From: Asterionella formosa
Taxonomy: Eukaryota
Direction: 5' to 3'
NCBI GenBank assembly: GCA_002256025.1
Contig: NKIB01014991.1
Location: 1-39,037, forward strand
Length of the DNA stretch: 39,037 nt
In this document: piece by piece, positions 24,831 to 35,487 of the stretch
Position numbering within the stretch: position 1 is the first letter of the stretch
How the letters are laid out: each line of letters begins with the position of its first letter
Made by a program: the position numbers and the translations under genes
Notes under the pieces: generated by a model
What the model saw: the letters and a program-made list of their open reading frames with translations, nothing else
Told to the model about the DNA's origin: nothing
Databases searched by the model: none

Positions 24831-26110
24831 GAGCATCTTTACCGCATCGAACAAATAGCAAAGAAAAATGCATTTGAATATATCAAAACACGTCACTTGG
24901 TCGAGAATTTTTCTGAATCGAAATTTTTCATCTTTTTCCCTACCGCATCGACCAAATCCTAAAATAGTCCAATCATGCGCCTAAAATTTTAGCAAAAAGA
25001 AATAGAGCTATATTTTCTTGTTTATATGTGTATCGTTGATATAGAAGTATGTACTGCATAGCTAGCTAAATATACACACAAGAATGAAACAATGAGCAAC
25101 AATAGCGACTCATCTGATGATGATCTCCTCTACCAGCCATATCCGCAAGATGCATCATCAACAAAGAAGTGAAAACGATGCAAAGAGAAAAGAAAATAGG
25201 GGAGGAAGTTCCAAAGTTGGCAAGGCTACTAGCATGCGTGAATAAATTTTGCGCAGAGTATGACAAGCAAGCTGTTGAAGGAGGACTATTTCGGCGAGAA
25301 CTCAATCTACTATCCTGCACATTTTAGGAGGTGATTCCGGATGCATCGCTCCATATTTGAAAAGATTCTTGAAGATTTGGTTGAGGCGAATCCATAATCT
25401 GAACAGAAGAAAGATGCCTTGCTTGAGTCTGGTCGGTTTTTCGACGCATCAACAGTTAACCGCAGCGCTTCGAATGTTGGCTTATGGAACTTCGGCGGAT
25501 CAGCTGGATGAACTCATCAGAATGGCTGAATCGACAACAATATACTCCACAACCTAAAAGTGTTTTGTAACTCAATAATCAGCAGGAATGGAACAGAATA
25601 TTTGCGAGCTTGCTCCTACAAAGGATGACATGGAAATTGTTTTATGTCTCCATGAAGCAAAGGGTTCTTGGCTGTCCGGGACTTCTTGCTTCATTGGATG
25701 TGATGCAATGAGAATTGAAGAATTTTCCCATGTCACCACACAGAGGAGCATTTCAAGGAAAAGATGTAGTCACTACTGTTGCTTTGGAAGCTGCTGTTGA
25801 TTGTAGGCTTTGGTTCTGGCACACATGGTTTAGAATTCCAGGTGCTAACAACAATCTCATTATTTTGGATCTTTCTCCGTTTTTCCGGGATTTGAAAGCT
25901 GGAAGGACTCCTGACGCCCATCAACTTCACAATCAACAATAAAGAGCACAATCAAGGTTAGTACTTTTTGGTCAATGGTGCTGTCTATTCAGACTGGCAC
26001 ATTTTTGTCAAAACGATTTCGGAACGACGAAGTGACAAGCGTGCACATCTTTCAATGAATCAAGAGGCCCAAAGCAGGATCTAGAGCAAGGCTTTGATGT
26101 GCTACAGGCA
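24831..26110 (+). mobile_element. Degenerate PIF/Harbinger transposon ('plant transposon protein' nuclease pseudogene)
   Basis: Fragments FRMHRSIFEKI, GFSTHQQLTAALRMLAYGTSADQLDELIRMAEST, KNFPM..RGAFQGKD..TVALEAAVD.RLWFWH, PGANN, FVKTI. Begins with GAGCATCT, resembling Harbinger/Tourist termini. Many frameshifts. Confidence 0.85.
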
Positions 26111-26473
26111 GGGTCCTGGCACTTCTGTGCAAGCTTTGGTCAGTAGGTGCAATAAATCTCATGTAACACATTAACCCATACGTTGACGATGTTGAATAAA
26201 TTTTGCATATATTTATGATTCAACACCAAACACAGCACAAGCTGATGTTTGAATTAGTCTAAATGAAGATTTTGCTGAAAATGTGTTCAACTATGTATGC
26301 ACTCATTTAACGGTGTCTGTTAGGTTGCCGGTACGAGCCACACAATCAATTTTTAGCACAAGACAAGCATTCTGATGATCACAGGTATACATAATTATCT
26401 AGTGACATCACATGTAGACATCATCTAGTATGGTACACATCACATCATTTGGATATACCTTAACAAAGTACAC

Positions 26474-27042
26474 AATAATTTTCTTGTCATAGACAATACA
26501 ACGTGCTATGGTTCTTTTGGTCCTCATAGGCTCTGCCTAGTATATAATTATTTATCTATCATTTTGCGATTTTTTGTACATACATACAAAACACAAGAGA
26601 AGACAGGTAGTGACTGTAAGCACTTTGAGAGTCCTTCATCATGTTGTCGCAACCTTGACCATGACGAAAATACGAATTATTTCCTCGAAAATTGAGAACG
26701 ACGCTTTGCTAGTATTTGCTATCTGTATTAAGAATGACATGGAAAATACAATCGTAAAAGAAGTAAAGTAATAACACTATTAATTAAAACGAAAGTTGAG
26801 ATTGCTGATAACAACATGAGGTCGCATTTTTCTTGCAAGGCGAAGAACTCTCTCATTTTTCACATCACGGAAAAAATTGTCGTATTAATACATCTTAGAA
26901 AAATGTGCGATATCCTGTAGAACTAATGAAATTTGCTAAGGTCTGGCATTAGGGAAAGCTCTTCATTGTCCGGTATGTAAAATCAGTCAAATTCAGTCAA
27001 GGCAGTGTACATTGGGGGGTCCAGGACAATGAAGTATATGGG
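26474..27042 (-). mobile_element. MITE copy A (truncated, inverted relative to copy B)
   Basis: Reverse complement aligns by eye with 36352-36940; retains one TIR (GGGGGGTCCAGGACAATGAAGTATA at about 27014-27038) and lacks the other. Confidence 0.85.
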
Positions 27043-27058
27043 TATATACCAGTATGTA

Positions 27059-27425
27059 TGATAATCTGTTTTATAGCCCATTCCTACTCCCCTTTTTCAA
27101 GTCAAGTACTCATGGTGCTGCCTGCCAACAAGACCTGCACCTCCCTATTTTTGTAGGCATAGTTGATTCCCAACCACCTTTCATGAAAGGTGATCATATT
27201 AGCTGCAGCATTAGGGGACACTCCGACTGCCCAGGAAGGTGGCACAAGCTGCTTGTAGGGGGGCAAATCCACAATTTCTTGCACACCAGGCAAGACATGT
27301 GGGACAGTAAGGAGTGTGGTAGTCGAACCCAATAATTGCTGCTCAAGAAAATTGCGGGAATTGAACCACACAACTTCAGATCAAAGGCAACGTGCTCAAC
27401 CAACTACTACCACAAGCCATTCCCT
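27059..27425 (-). mobile_element. tRNA-derived SINE-like element, copy 2
   Basis: Minus strand: AGGGAATGGCTTGTGGTAGTAGTTGGTTGAGCACG (tRNA 5' half / A box), GGTTCAATTCCC, second B box GGGTTCGACTACC, 3' end AATGGGCTATAAAACAGATTAT. Flanked by 14/16 direct repeats at 27043-27058 and 27426-27441 (candidate TSD). Confidence 0.72.
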
Positions 27426-27467
27426 TACATACCGGTATGTACTTCGCATGCATCTGAGTTCCAGATG

Positions 27468-27555
27468 CCTGGTACCCGTACCCATCCTAGACCTGGTACC
27501 AGGTACCAGGTACCAGGTATGATACCTATGGGCAACCCTGGTTCCTGGTACCGGT
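27468..27555. repeat. (TACC[W]GG)n micro-repeat cluster
   Basis: ACCTGGTACCAGGTACCAGGTACCAGGTA at 27491-27519 with degenerate units on both sides. Confidence 0.9.
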
Positions 27556-28133
27556 GTCAAAACCAAAAAGCTAATTATTTTGCTGATGCTGAGTGACGTG
27601 GTTCACCTGATGAAAAATTGATGTCTTCTGATGGCAATGTAATGGCCCCGTTGTTTCACATTTAAACAAATTAAATGCTCTGAGCATATGGGAAGAGATT
27701 TAATTAGCCACCATAAAGAGTTGGCTTTCACCGTAATGAACGATGTCGTCGTCAGCCCATTTCTTGGTAACACAACAAGACATTGCTTTTTAAGGCCAAA
27801 ATTAACGTGTCGTTTAGGTAACGGCCTACGATGAAATATACGAAGAAGGGGAAACGGAGCAACAAAACTCATGACATACTCAAAGAGAACGATAATTTTA
27901 CTTTGAATTTTACTTCGCATGTGGAAGAGCAGCTTGATCTCGTCAACACCTCTCTTACAAATAGCCTCGACAACCGAGTAGTCGGGAGTCCTGGACTTTC
28001 CAGAAATACGGCGAAGTTCTTGTGACCTAGTAGGGAGCATCACATCATCACATCAGCCAGTTGAATTCCACGAGCACACACTTGCGTTTGTTTCCTGTAT
28101 TCGTTACTAATTTCAGAGAAACGAAGCAAACCG

Positions 28134-30065
28134 ATGAACTACATGAACAATCTGCGTGAAAATCAAGGAGGTTCTGATAGTCTTCCTTATCATCCTATGC
28201 AGCAACAGTTGCAACAACAGCAACAGCCTCAGGGGAATAACAGAATTCTTGCGATCGCACCAAACACGAACCAAGCATGCGCTTATGCCATGAGTCCCTA
28301 CGATTCGCTACATACCCACGCCTTTCAACTGTCAGCATCAGCGGCGCTTTCGTCTTCTTATGAGCAGCCTCTAAACCCTCAGACATCTTTGATGTTTTCT
28401 GTTCCTCAAGGGCAGCAGATGCAGCAAGACCAGCAGATGCAGCAAGGTCAGCAAATGCAGCAAGGCCAGCGAATGCAGCAAGACCAGCAGATTCAACAAT
28501 GTCAGCAAATGCAACAAGGTGAACAAATGCAAAAAGGTCTGCAGATCCAACAAGGTCAGCAGATGCAACATTGTCAGCAGATACAGCAAGGTGAACTGAT
28601 GCAACAATGTCTACAGATACAACAAGGTCACCAAATACAGCAAGGCCAACAGATGCAGCAAGGCCAACAGATGCAGCAAGGCCAGCAGATGCAGCAAGGC
28701 CAACAGATGCAACAAGGCCAGCAGACGCAGCAAGGTCATCAGATACAAGAAGGTCAACAAATTTCTCAATCTGGCCACCAACAACTTCCGAATTTCCAAC
28801 ATGGCTCGACCCCTGGATTTCAAATGAGCATTCCAAACTTTGGTCAGCAGACGATGATGAATGAAACTACCCCATTGCAGCCTCCGCAATACTTTATAAC
28901 CGGAGCTCCTGTGCTAATGACGCAGCAAGGAATGCATCAGTATGCAACTAGCTATGTGCAGCAATGGCCGCTTCCAGTGGCAGCACTACCTCAAATTACT
29001 TATACGACCGATTCTGAGAAACGGTCGGCTTCTGAGGATGCTGAACACGACGTTTCTAAGAGACAGCATACTGCCCCTGAAGCACCTCATGTATTCTCGC
29101 CTGCGCCTATTCTTCCTCAAGTTTTTTCACAACCTCCAACTAACTATTCTGTACCTACACTCGCTACGCCTCTAGCTCCTGATACTTCAATTTCTTGTTA
29201 TGATATGTTTGATGAGGAGGAGGAAATGAATCCTGCGAACAAGCCGCCACCAGATTTCTCCACAATGTCCGCAGGAGATCGTCGTCGATACGAGCGCAAT
29301 GTTCGCGAACAGCAGCGCTCTTATAAGATTAGTAAGCAAATCAAAGTGCTGAAAATTGTTCTCGTGGAGTCAGGTGTGAACTACAAGCCCAACAAATTTT
29401 CTATCCTCATGAGTGTTGCCGACTACATCAAGCAACTTCAATCCCGCGCAATCATGTTGGACGCGGAGCACAGGAAACTGGTTGCGACGATTCGAGAAAC
29501 AAGCGAGATGGTGAATTCTGGTGAGACTCCAAGCGAAGAAACGGTTGAGCCGCCGCTATCGTACGTTTCAAGTATCGGTAGTGATCCCGACATGCTCTTT
29601 GTCCAAGGCTTAGACTATAAGGCAGTATTTGAACAATGCACTGCAGGTTTAGGTATTGCTTCTTTAGATGGAAGAATACTTGCATGTAATTCGGAGTTTC
29701 AAGCCTTATCCGGGCTTAGTAAAGACGAGCTGCTAAAGCAGAGTTTATTTGCCTTAATGCAGAATCATAAGGACGTTTTTGAAGCGATGGGATCAATGCT
29801 GAAGGAGCCTGGCCCAAAACCAATTCTCGACGTGAACGGTGAGCCAACTTCCGAAACTAAACCTGAGTACTGGAGTGGAACCGTTTTGCAAAAGGACCAA
29901 AGTAATGTAAGTGCCTTATTGTTTGCTGTTTTTGCTTAGTTTCCTAAATCTCACCATTTCCTCTGTCGCTGTTATTCGGATTAGCTCAACATGAACATTT
30001 CGTTGACAAGGACTCCGAAAGGACACCCCAAGTTCTTCAATTGCGCACTATCTGCTGATATATGA
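28134..30065 (+). CDS. bHLH-PAS transcription factor, RITMO1/bHLH1a-bHLH1b type, paralog B (2 exons, ~617 aa)
   Basis: bHLH RRRYERNVREQQRSYKISKQI...KPNKFSILMSVADYI; PAS GLDYKAVF..LGIASLDGRILACNSEF. Intron 29907-29984; last exon 29985-30065 reads LNMNISLTRTPKGHPKFFNCALSADI*. Confidence 0.9.
28410..28769 (+). repeat. Coding 18-bp minisatellite, 20 units, consensus GQQMQQ
   Basis: Consensus GGCCAGCAGATGCAGCAA; 20 consecutive hexapeptides counted in the translation. Confidence 0.95.
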
Positions 30066-30559
30066 GCCCCTGGCTAGACAGAAAGGGCGATGGAATTGGG
30101 ATTTTCACTGTACACATGGGGAATGCATGGCATTTCGTTTTTCTAGTACATTTTAATCTGCATGTAGAATGATACAATATTTTCGTGACAGTCCACAGCA
30201 GTCTTGAGCACTGCAGTAGAGCATTGCCAACAATAGAGTAGATCGACGGAAGGTGTCTCACGTTTCACTAAGGAGTTCACTACCTACATACTATGACCTT
30301 GTTCCTGTTGCAGGATGAGCATAACTTGATTGGGTGCTTCTTGAGGATGACCACAGTCCTTCCGCAATATCCCCTGTTGACCGAAATGTTCCTTGTGACC
30401 CGCCAACTGAAGGACTTGGTTTTGCAAGATAACAATTAATGATGCCATGACTTGTAATACTTTGAAAAGAAGCATTTGGTCAATGGAAATCAATACTTCA
30501 GAAACTACCTCATCCGGATCGCACACAAGTGCATTCATTATTCTCTGTCGCAATGGGGT

Positions 30560-31129
30560 TCACATGTCACAATGGTCATCACTATTGTTTATATTCTGTT
30601 GTTGAACAATTCCCCAACCGACTGATACGGCACACACTGCACCCTCCAGTGCTAGTGATGCATTGTTCCGTTCTCCTCGTGCTACATCCACAACACCACG
30701 AGCTACACCCAGTGCTACCAACGCCGTGACCCCTGGTAACAACGGTTGAAAGGAAATGACACCATTCTTGACAGACGCGGCCACAATTCCAGACAATATT
30801 CCAAAAGTGGAAGCGAATGGAATGTCATTTTCAATGAACAAGGCGGTCAAGAATATGAGACCAAAGGCATCGTCGTTGTATCCGAAATTAGATATTTGAT
30901 CGTCATCATTGTTGTTGTTGTTGTTGTACAAGGGTGGAAGTGGTGGTTTGGAGAATCCTTCAAGAGCCGTGCTTCGGTGCCCTTCCATGGCTGATGTCCC
31001 ATGATTTGCGTGAAAGGCGGTCACGCATCTAGTATTAGCTGTTACAGTATGCTCACACCACGCGATCAATAGTAGCAGCACTACAGTCACTTTAGTGCGG
31101 GTGTTGCTGTAGCGTTTCGTCGCCATCAT
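30560..31129 (-). CDS. Hypothetical membrane protein with N-terminal signal peptide (~189 aa)
   Basis: From ATG 31129: hydrophobic signal (VTVVLLLLIAW), poly-N/D linker, then 3-4 hydrophobic segments after GYNDDAFGLIFL. Confidence 0.6.
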   Translation of the reverse strand: MMATKRYSNTRTKVTVVLLLLIAWCEHTVTANTRCVTAFHANHGTSAMEGHRSTALEGFSKPPLPPLYNNNNNNDDDQISNFGYNDDAFGLIFLTALFIENDIPFASTFGILSGIVAASVKNGVISFQPLLPGVTALVALGVARGVVDVARGERNNASLALEGAVCAVSVGWGIVQQQNINNSDDHCDM

Positions 31130-31286
31130 GGTGGACACAAAGTCAGCGTTTGGGTTTGTTTTGCTTTGTATGATGTCTGTACTGTAGAATATATAAGAAG
31201 GATATACATTTATATTTACTGCATATATATTGTACGATAGTATTGCATGTCGCTCACACCATGATTTAGACATCAGAAAATTTCCA

Positions 31287-32030
31287 ATGTCATTGATAAC
31301 AGGGGCCATTTCAAACCCATTCAAGCATCATCAAGGATCGTGTTCGCCCCTCCAATTTCATGCACTGCTTCTGATGATACTTTGTGTTCGATTCACTTCT
31401 AGTAGTGCTGCCTTTGTCAGCACTAGGACAAGTGTTTGTACTAGGATTCGATACCAATCGTTGTTCCCATTCCCGACAATGATGGAACATCATCATGCAG
31501 CGGTGCAGCAGCGACGTCGGAATTGTGTCGTCGTAGTACAAGCCATGGATCCCTTCATCAAGACGTACGGACTCAAGGGAACGGGTCGGAAAAGCTTGGT
31601 ACAAATGGAAACAAACACTGGTCATGCCCTCACAACTGATATCCCAAAACAAATGGGTGGGTCTGATGTGGCCCCTCAGCCTGTGGAAACATTACTTGCT
31701 GCGCTGATTGGGTGTACACAAGCCACTGCTATTTTTGTTGGTAGACACATGACACCCAAGATTTTAATTGAACAAATGGACTTTGATATACGAGCTGAGC
31801 GAGATGAACGAGGAGCACTGACATTGCCCATTGAGGAAACACCCAGCATTTCTGCTAAACTTCAACGCGTTCATGGTACCATTCGAGTATTTGCAAAACT
31901 AGCACCGCTATCTCATGAGCAACTCAAGATCTTATCTGAGCAGACAGAAGCGAGATGTCCTGTGGCCAACATGATGTTGGCTAGTGGATGTGACATGCAG
32001 GTACAGTGGGTAGATGGGACAACGATATGA
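31287..32030 (+). CDS. OsmC/Ohr-family redox protein, probably plastid-targeted
   Basis: TDIPKQMGG..PQPVETLLAALIGCT and EARCPVANM carry the two conserved OsmC cysteines; presequence with SAA-FV. Alternative start 31374. Confidence 0.85.
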   Translation: MSLITGAISNPFKHHQGSCSPLQFHALLLMILCVRFTSSSAAFVSTRTSVCTRIRYQSLFPFPTMMEHHHAAVQQRRRNCVVVVQAMDPFIKTYGLKGTGRKSLVQMETNTGHALTTDIPKQMGGSDVAPQPVETLLAALIGCTQATAIFVGRHMTPKILIEQMDFDIRAERDERGALTLPIEETPSISAKLQRVHGTIRVFAKLAPLSHEQLKILSEQTEARCPVANMMLASGCDMQVQWVDGTTI

Positions 32031-32060
32031 ATCTTGTAACCACATTGATTCTTATGAGGT

Positions 32061-33503
32061 TTAGTTGCTTGATTTATCATGATCCCCCACGGTTGTAGCA
32101 TTATTGACATTCTCTAGATCATCCCCTGAAATCAACACAATAGCTTCTGTCTCATTGGATGTAGGCACTACATCGGGTGAAGCTTCAATCTCGTGTATAT
32201 GTTCCACTGCTGGTTCGGATTGGCTAGTTCCATAGAGGGACAGGTCTTGCATCATTTTTCGAAATGTTTCATCTGGTGCCAACAATGTATCAGTACTATC
32301 CCCTGCATTCCACATTTTGAACCAACTTTTGGAAGACTTTCCAAAGCTGGAAGATGAAGATGGCAATGTTGATGTTTCCTTGACTACTGTTACACGCAAC
32401 ACATCACAATGTCGGGCAAACCATACACGAAATGGTACAGACAATCCAAAACATGTAAAGACCCAAAACATGTGCAGTCGAAAAAGTTTTTCTCCCGTGG
32501 CTCGGACTGCCAACAAGTGAGATTTGAATCCAGGAACTTGAATATTGGTGGAGAATTCTGTATATTCGTCAGCTTGACCTTGGGTGGTAACAAAATTGGC
32601 TTGCTGCTGAAAGTAATCGATTCGAGCCTTGCTATTGGGCAATACCAGCAATTTAGACAGACTGATTTTCGTAAATGGAGCTTGCAAAGAAGTGGATAGT
32701 TCAGCTCGTTTCCAAAGTCCTGCAATGGTACTGTCATGACAATTGGTGTAGCTGTAGTTGGTTTGGGCACAATGTGTGACCACCTTTTTCGTCAACAGGC
32801 CCGATGGAGCCACGCCATCAATAGAAAGATCACTTATAGATTCTGTATTGCGAAATAGTAATTGCGGTGCCAAGAGAAAAGCTAACCACCATCGGTGTTC
32901 ATAATGAAAGCATCGGACCTTCCATGTTACTGATGGAGTTTCCGTTCGTAGCCGTTCAATGTACTCTTCAACACCTTGTGGACTGGAAATCGCGTTGGTG
33001 AGATATCTTCGAGTATTACAAGTCCAAGCCTCTAGCAAGTAAAATGCAAAAGTTCCAAGCATGAACCAATTGCTAAACGTGGGTACTTTGACTATCGTCA
33101 CTCTCATGAAAGCAATGGCTGCAATCACGGGCCAGGCAGTAGGCTCCCATCCTGCTAATCTCCCTCTAATGTATCGGGCTACCAAAGAAACAACTGACAA
33201 CCAAAGCACAATCGAGAGGGCGGTGCCTTTGAAATGTCGGATACCAAGGTCGCCGAGGAGCGGTGCGATACTGGCATGAATGGTACTTGTCGATCCGCCT
33301 TCCCAAAAAATGCGACCTGTCTCCTTATCGATCAACGCTGATTCTCCCATGACGGACGCTCCAATCTTTCCCATCATGGAATCATTTAGTATCGGATCAC
33401 CAGCACTATTGTGTTTTGTCTCCAAGGGTGAAGCCAAGCATGCTGATAGAAGGAACGTGCCGATCAACCAAACGAAGCTGACTGTTGTGCATGCACTGTT
33501 CAT
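32061..33503 (-). CDS. TMEM151-family membrane protein (~480 aa, intronless)
   Basis: FYLLEAW..TRRYLTN...YIERLR...PSVTWKVRCFHY, KKVVTH, D.T, FTKISLSK and FWVFT..LSVPFRVW match the TMEM151 domain pattern; N-terminal signal peptide and extra TM segments. Confidence 0.78.
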   Translation of the reverse strand: MNSACTTVSFVWLIGTFLLSACLASPLETKHNSAGDPILNDSMMGKIGASVMGESALIDKETGRIFWEGGSTSTIHASIAPLLGDLGIRHFKGTALSIVLWLSVVSLVARYIRGRLAGWEPTAWPVIAAIAFMRVTIVKVPTFSNWFMLGTFAFYLLEAWTCNTRRYLTNAISSPQGVEEYIERLRTETPSVTWKVRCFHYEHRWWLAFLLAPQLLFRNTESISDLSIDGVAPSGLLTKKVVTHCAQTNYSYTNCHDSTIAGLWKRAELSTSLQAPFTKISLSKLLVLPNSKARIDYFQQQANFVTTQGQADEYTEFSTNIQVPGFKSHLLAVRATGEKLFRLHMFWVFTCFGLSVPFRVWFARHCDVLRVTVVKETSTLPSSSSSFGKSSKSWFKMWNAGDSTDTLLAPDETFRKMMQDLSLYGTSQSEPAVEHIHEIEASPDVVPTSNETEAIVLISGDDLENVNNATTVGDHDKSSN

Positions 33504-33722
33504 TTTCGTCGGCAGCGGATCTGCGTGCAAAAGATTTCTAGTTGTGACTGTTATATTGCCTCTTGTCGATTATCGGGACAAGACCTTAAGCTATCGAAGG
33601 AGTGTGGAGGTACACTACTTGATCGATGATCATCAACAACACGATCGTAAGAATGATGATTGAATTGATGTCGAGCGATCAGCTTTCGATGAGAAAATAT
33701 GCATACATAGAGCTCTACATTA

Positions 33723-33773
33723 GTACCTGGTACCCTGGTACCAAGTACCAGGTACCTGGTACAGTACCGGTAT
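33723..33773. repeat. (TACC[W]GG)n micro-repeat cluster
   Basis: GTACCTGGTACCCTGGTACCAAGTACCAGGTACCTGGTACAGTACCGGTAT, about 220 bp upstream of the TMEM151-like ATG. Confidence 0.9.
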
Positions 33774-34337
33774 TCTGATCTGCTTTCTTTTGCTTCTTTT
33801 GCAGGATGATTGCTTTCTATTCCCATGATACCGAGTACCAGCACCGGTTTTATGTACAGCCTGCTAATTAACACGTTTTTTAAAGTAGTCGGTAACCTAC
33901 AGGAAATAGTTATGTTTTTGAATACATACCAGGTAGGAAGTACCACACTACCGATTACAGGCTCTGCCAGCCGCAGTAAATGAATAATTACGACTTTTAC
34001 TGGTAGTACGGAATACTAACTATGTAGGATTCTTGCCTTTTTTTATCACACCATTTTCTTCCGTACAGTTTTGGGATATGGGCTCTGCTCCTTTCAAATC
34101 ACCTGTATTAATTAATGATTTCTATAATACATAAATCATTTCTCACCATCAAGGGATTTGGAAATTGAGCTCTGTTTCAAATCACAGTCGAAGAAGAACC
34201 CCCCCCCCTCCCTCGCTACAGAATTTTCTGTATTTCAAATTCACAGCCTTACCGATAAATACATCTTATCATAGAGGCATGCATTCTAATTTAGCTTAAT
34301 GGTGGACAAATAGGATTGTCCCCTATTACCCCCCTTT

Positions 34338-35487
34338 CTAGTAAAGAGCACGAACACCATCGGCATCGTATTCAGCACCGGGCATTTTGATGACATTGCC
34401 ATCATCGTCAATGTATTCACTTTTCTTTTGAAGAACAAACCGTTCAAAGAACTTGGTCAAAATCTTGTCAGTTGTCAAGAACTCCACAGAACCCCCATTC
34501 TTATTGATGGACAAAATCTTGGGAACCAAATCGGACGCCACTTCTTCTGGTTGGGCAGCCAGCACACCAAATGGAAACTTTCGAAGTTCGGGGGTAGAAT
34601 CGTCTAACAAGAGCTTGGTAAAGACCATGCCGGGAGACAGATTGTGAACTTGAATTTTTCCAGCAGTACCAACCTTTTCCTTCCCCTGGACTCCTTCCTC
34701 AAGTTCCTTGACCAAACTATCCGTCAATTGAGGCAAACCACGTTTGGTCGCACCATAGCATGCGTATCCAGGCGTTCCACCTCCCTTGACTCCACTTCCG
34801 ACAGTATTGAAAATATGTCCGGTGATACCAGGCTAAATATAAATGTTTGTGTTTGGAGAAACATTATTAAATCAGTCACAAAATATTCGTTTTCGTTGTT
34901 AACAACGGATCGATCATCAGTAGGACACTAGAAAAGCCACACGCCAAACGTACCTGTTCGGCCATAATATCCATTGCAACTTTGGTACATAAAAGTGTTC
35001 CAATTAGATTCACTTTAACGACCATTTCCACTTGGCTGACAGGAACATCTCGAAGTGCCCTTCGGCCTCCATTGATTCCAGCATTGTTGATCCAATATTT
35101 GATCGTTTTCAAGTTCTTTTTGGCAAATTGTCCCAACTTGAGTACACTAGCGTTGTCGGAAACATCACATTTAGTATGGTACACAGTCCCGTTGGGATGA
35201 CGAGCCGCCAATGCCTTGGCGGCTTGGGAGCAGTCCTTAACATCACAAATCACAACATTGTATCCCCGATCCATGAATTCACCCGCATACGCAAAGCCCA
35301 CTCCACCTGCTGATCCAGTAATTACAACACCCTCAGCAGACATGGACAGGATCGATTCTTGTCGTGGCGAAGATGAAACTCCAAAGACATGATGAGATGG
35401 ACGGTTCAACAAGGAACGAGAAGTAAAAGCAGATACAAAGGGCACAAGTGCCAAAGTACAAATACTAGCGATGGCAAAGGATCTCAT
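34338..35487 (-). CDS. Plastid-targeted short-chain dehydrogenase, chlorophyll(ide) b reductase NOL/NYC1-like (2 exons, ~342 aa)
   Basis: Signal ending VSA-FT; TGSAGGVG Rossmann motif, WINNAG. Intron 34953-34833; exon 2 has GHIFN..G.G..G.GTP.YA.YGATKR (YxxxK) and VHNLSPGMV.T.LL, matching NOL/NYC1 signatures. Confidence 0.85.

Noticed and set aside
27831..28025. Possible uORF or upstream exon of bHLH-PAS paralog B (CTAA...TTTCAG acceptor-like at 28107-28116)
   Set aside because: No convincing donor or conservation visible; needs transcript data.
28410..28769. CRISPR array
   Set aside because: Tandem in-frame units with no unique spacers, inside a eukaryotic CDS; no cas genes.
28195..28889. 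Antisense and alternate-frame ORFs over the Q-rich repeat
   Set aside because: Shadow ORFs of the stop-free 18-bp minisatellite in the bHLH-PAS gene.
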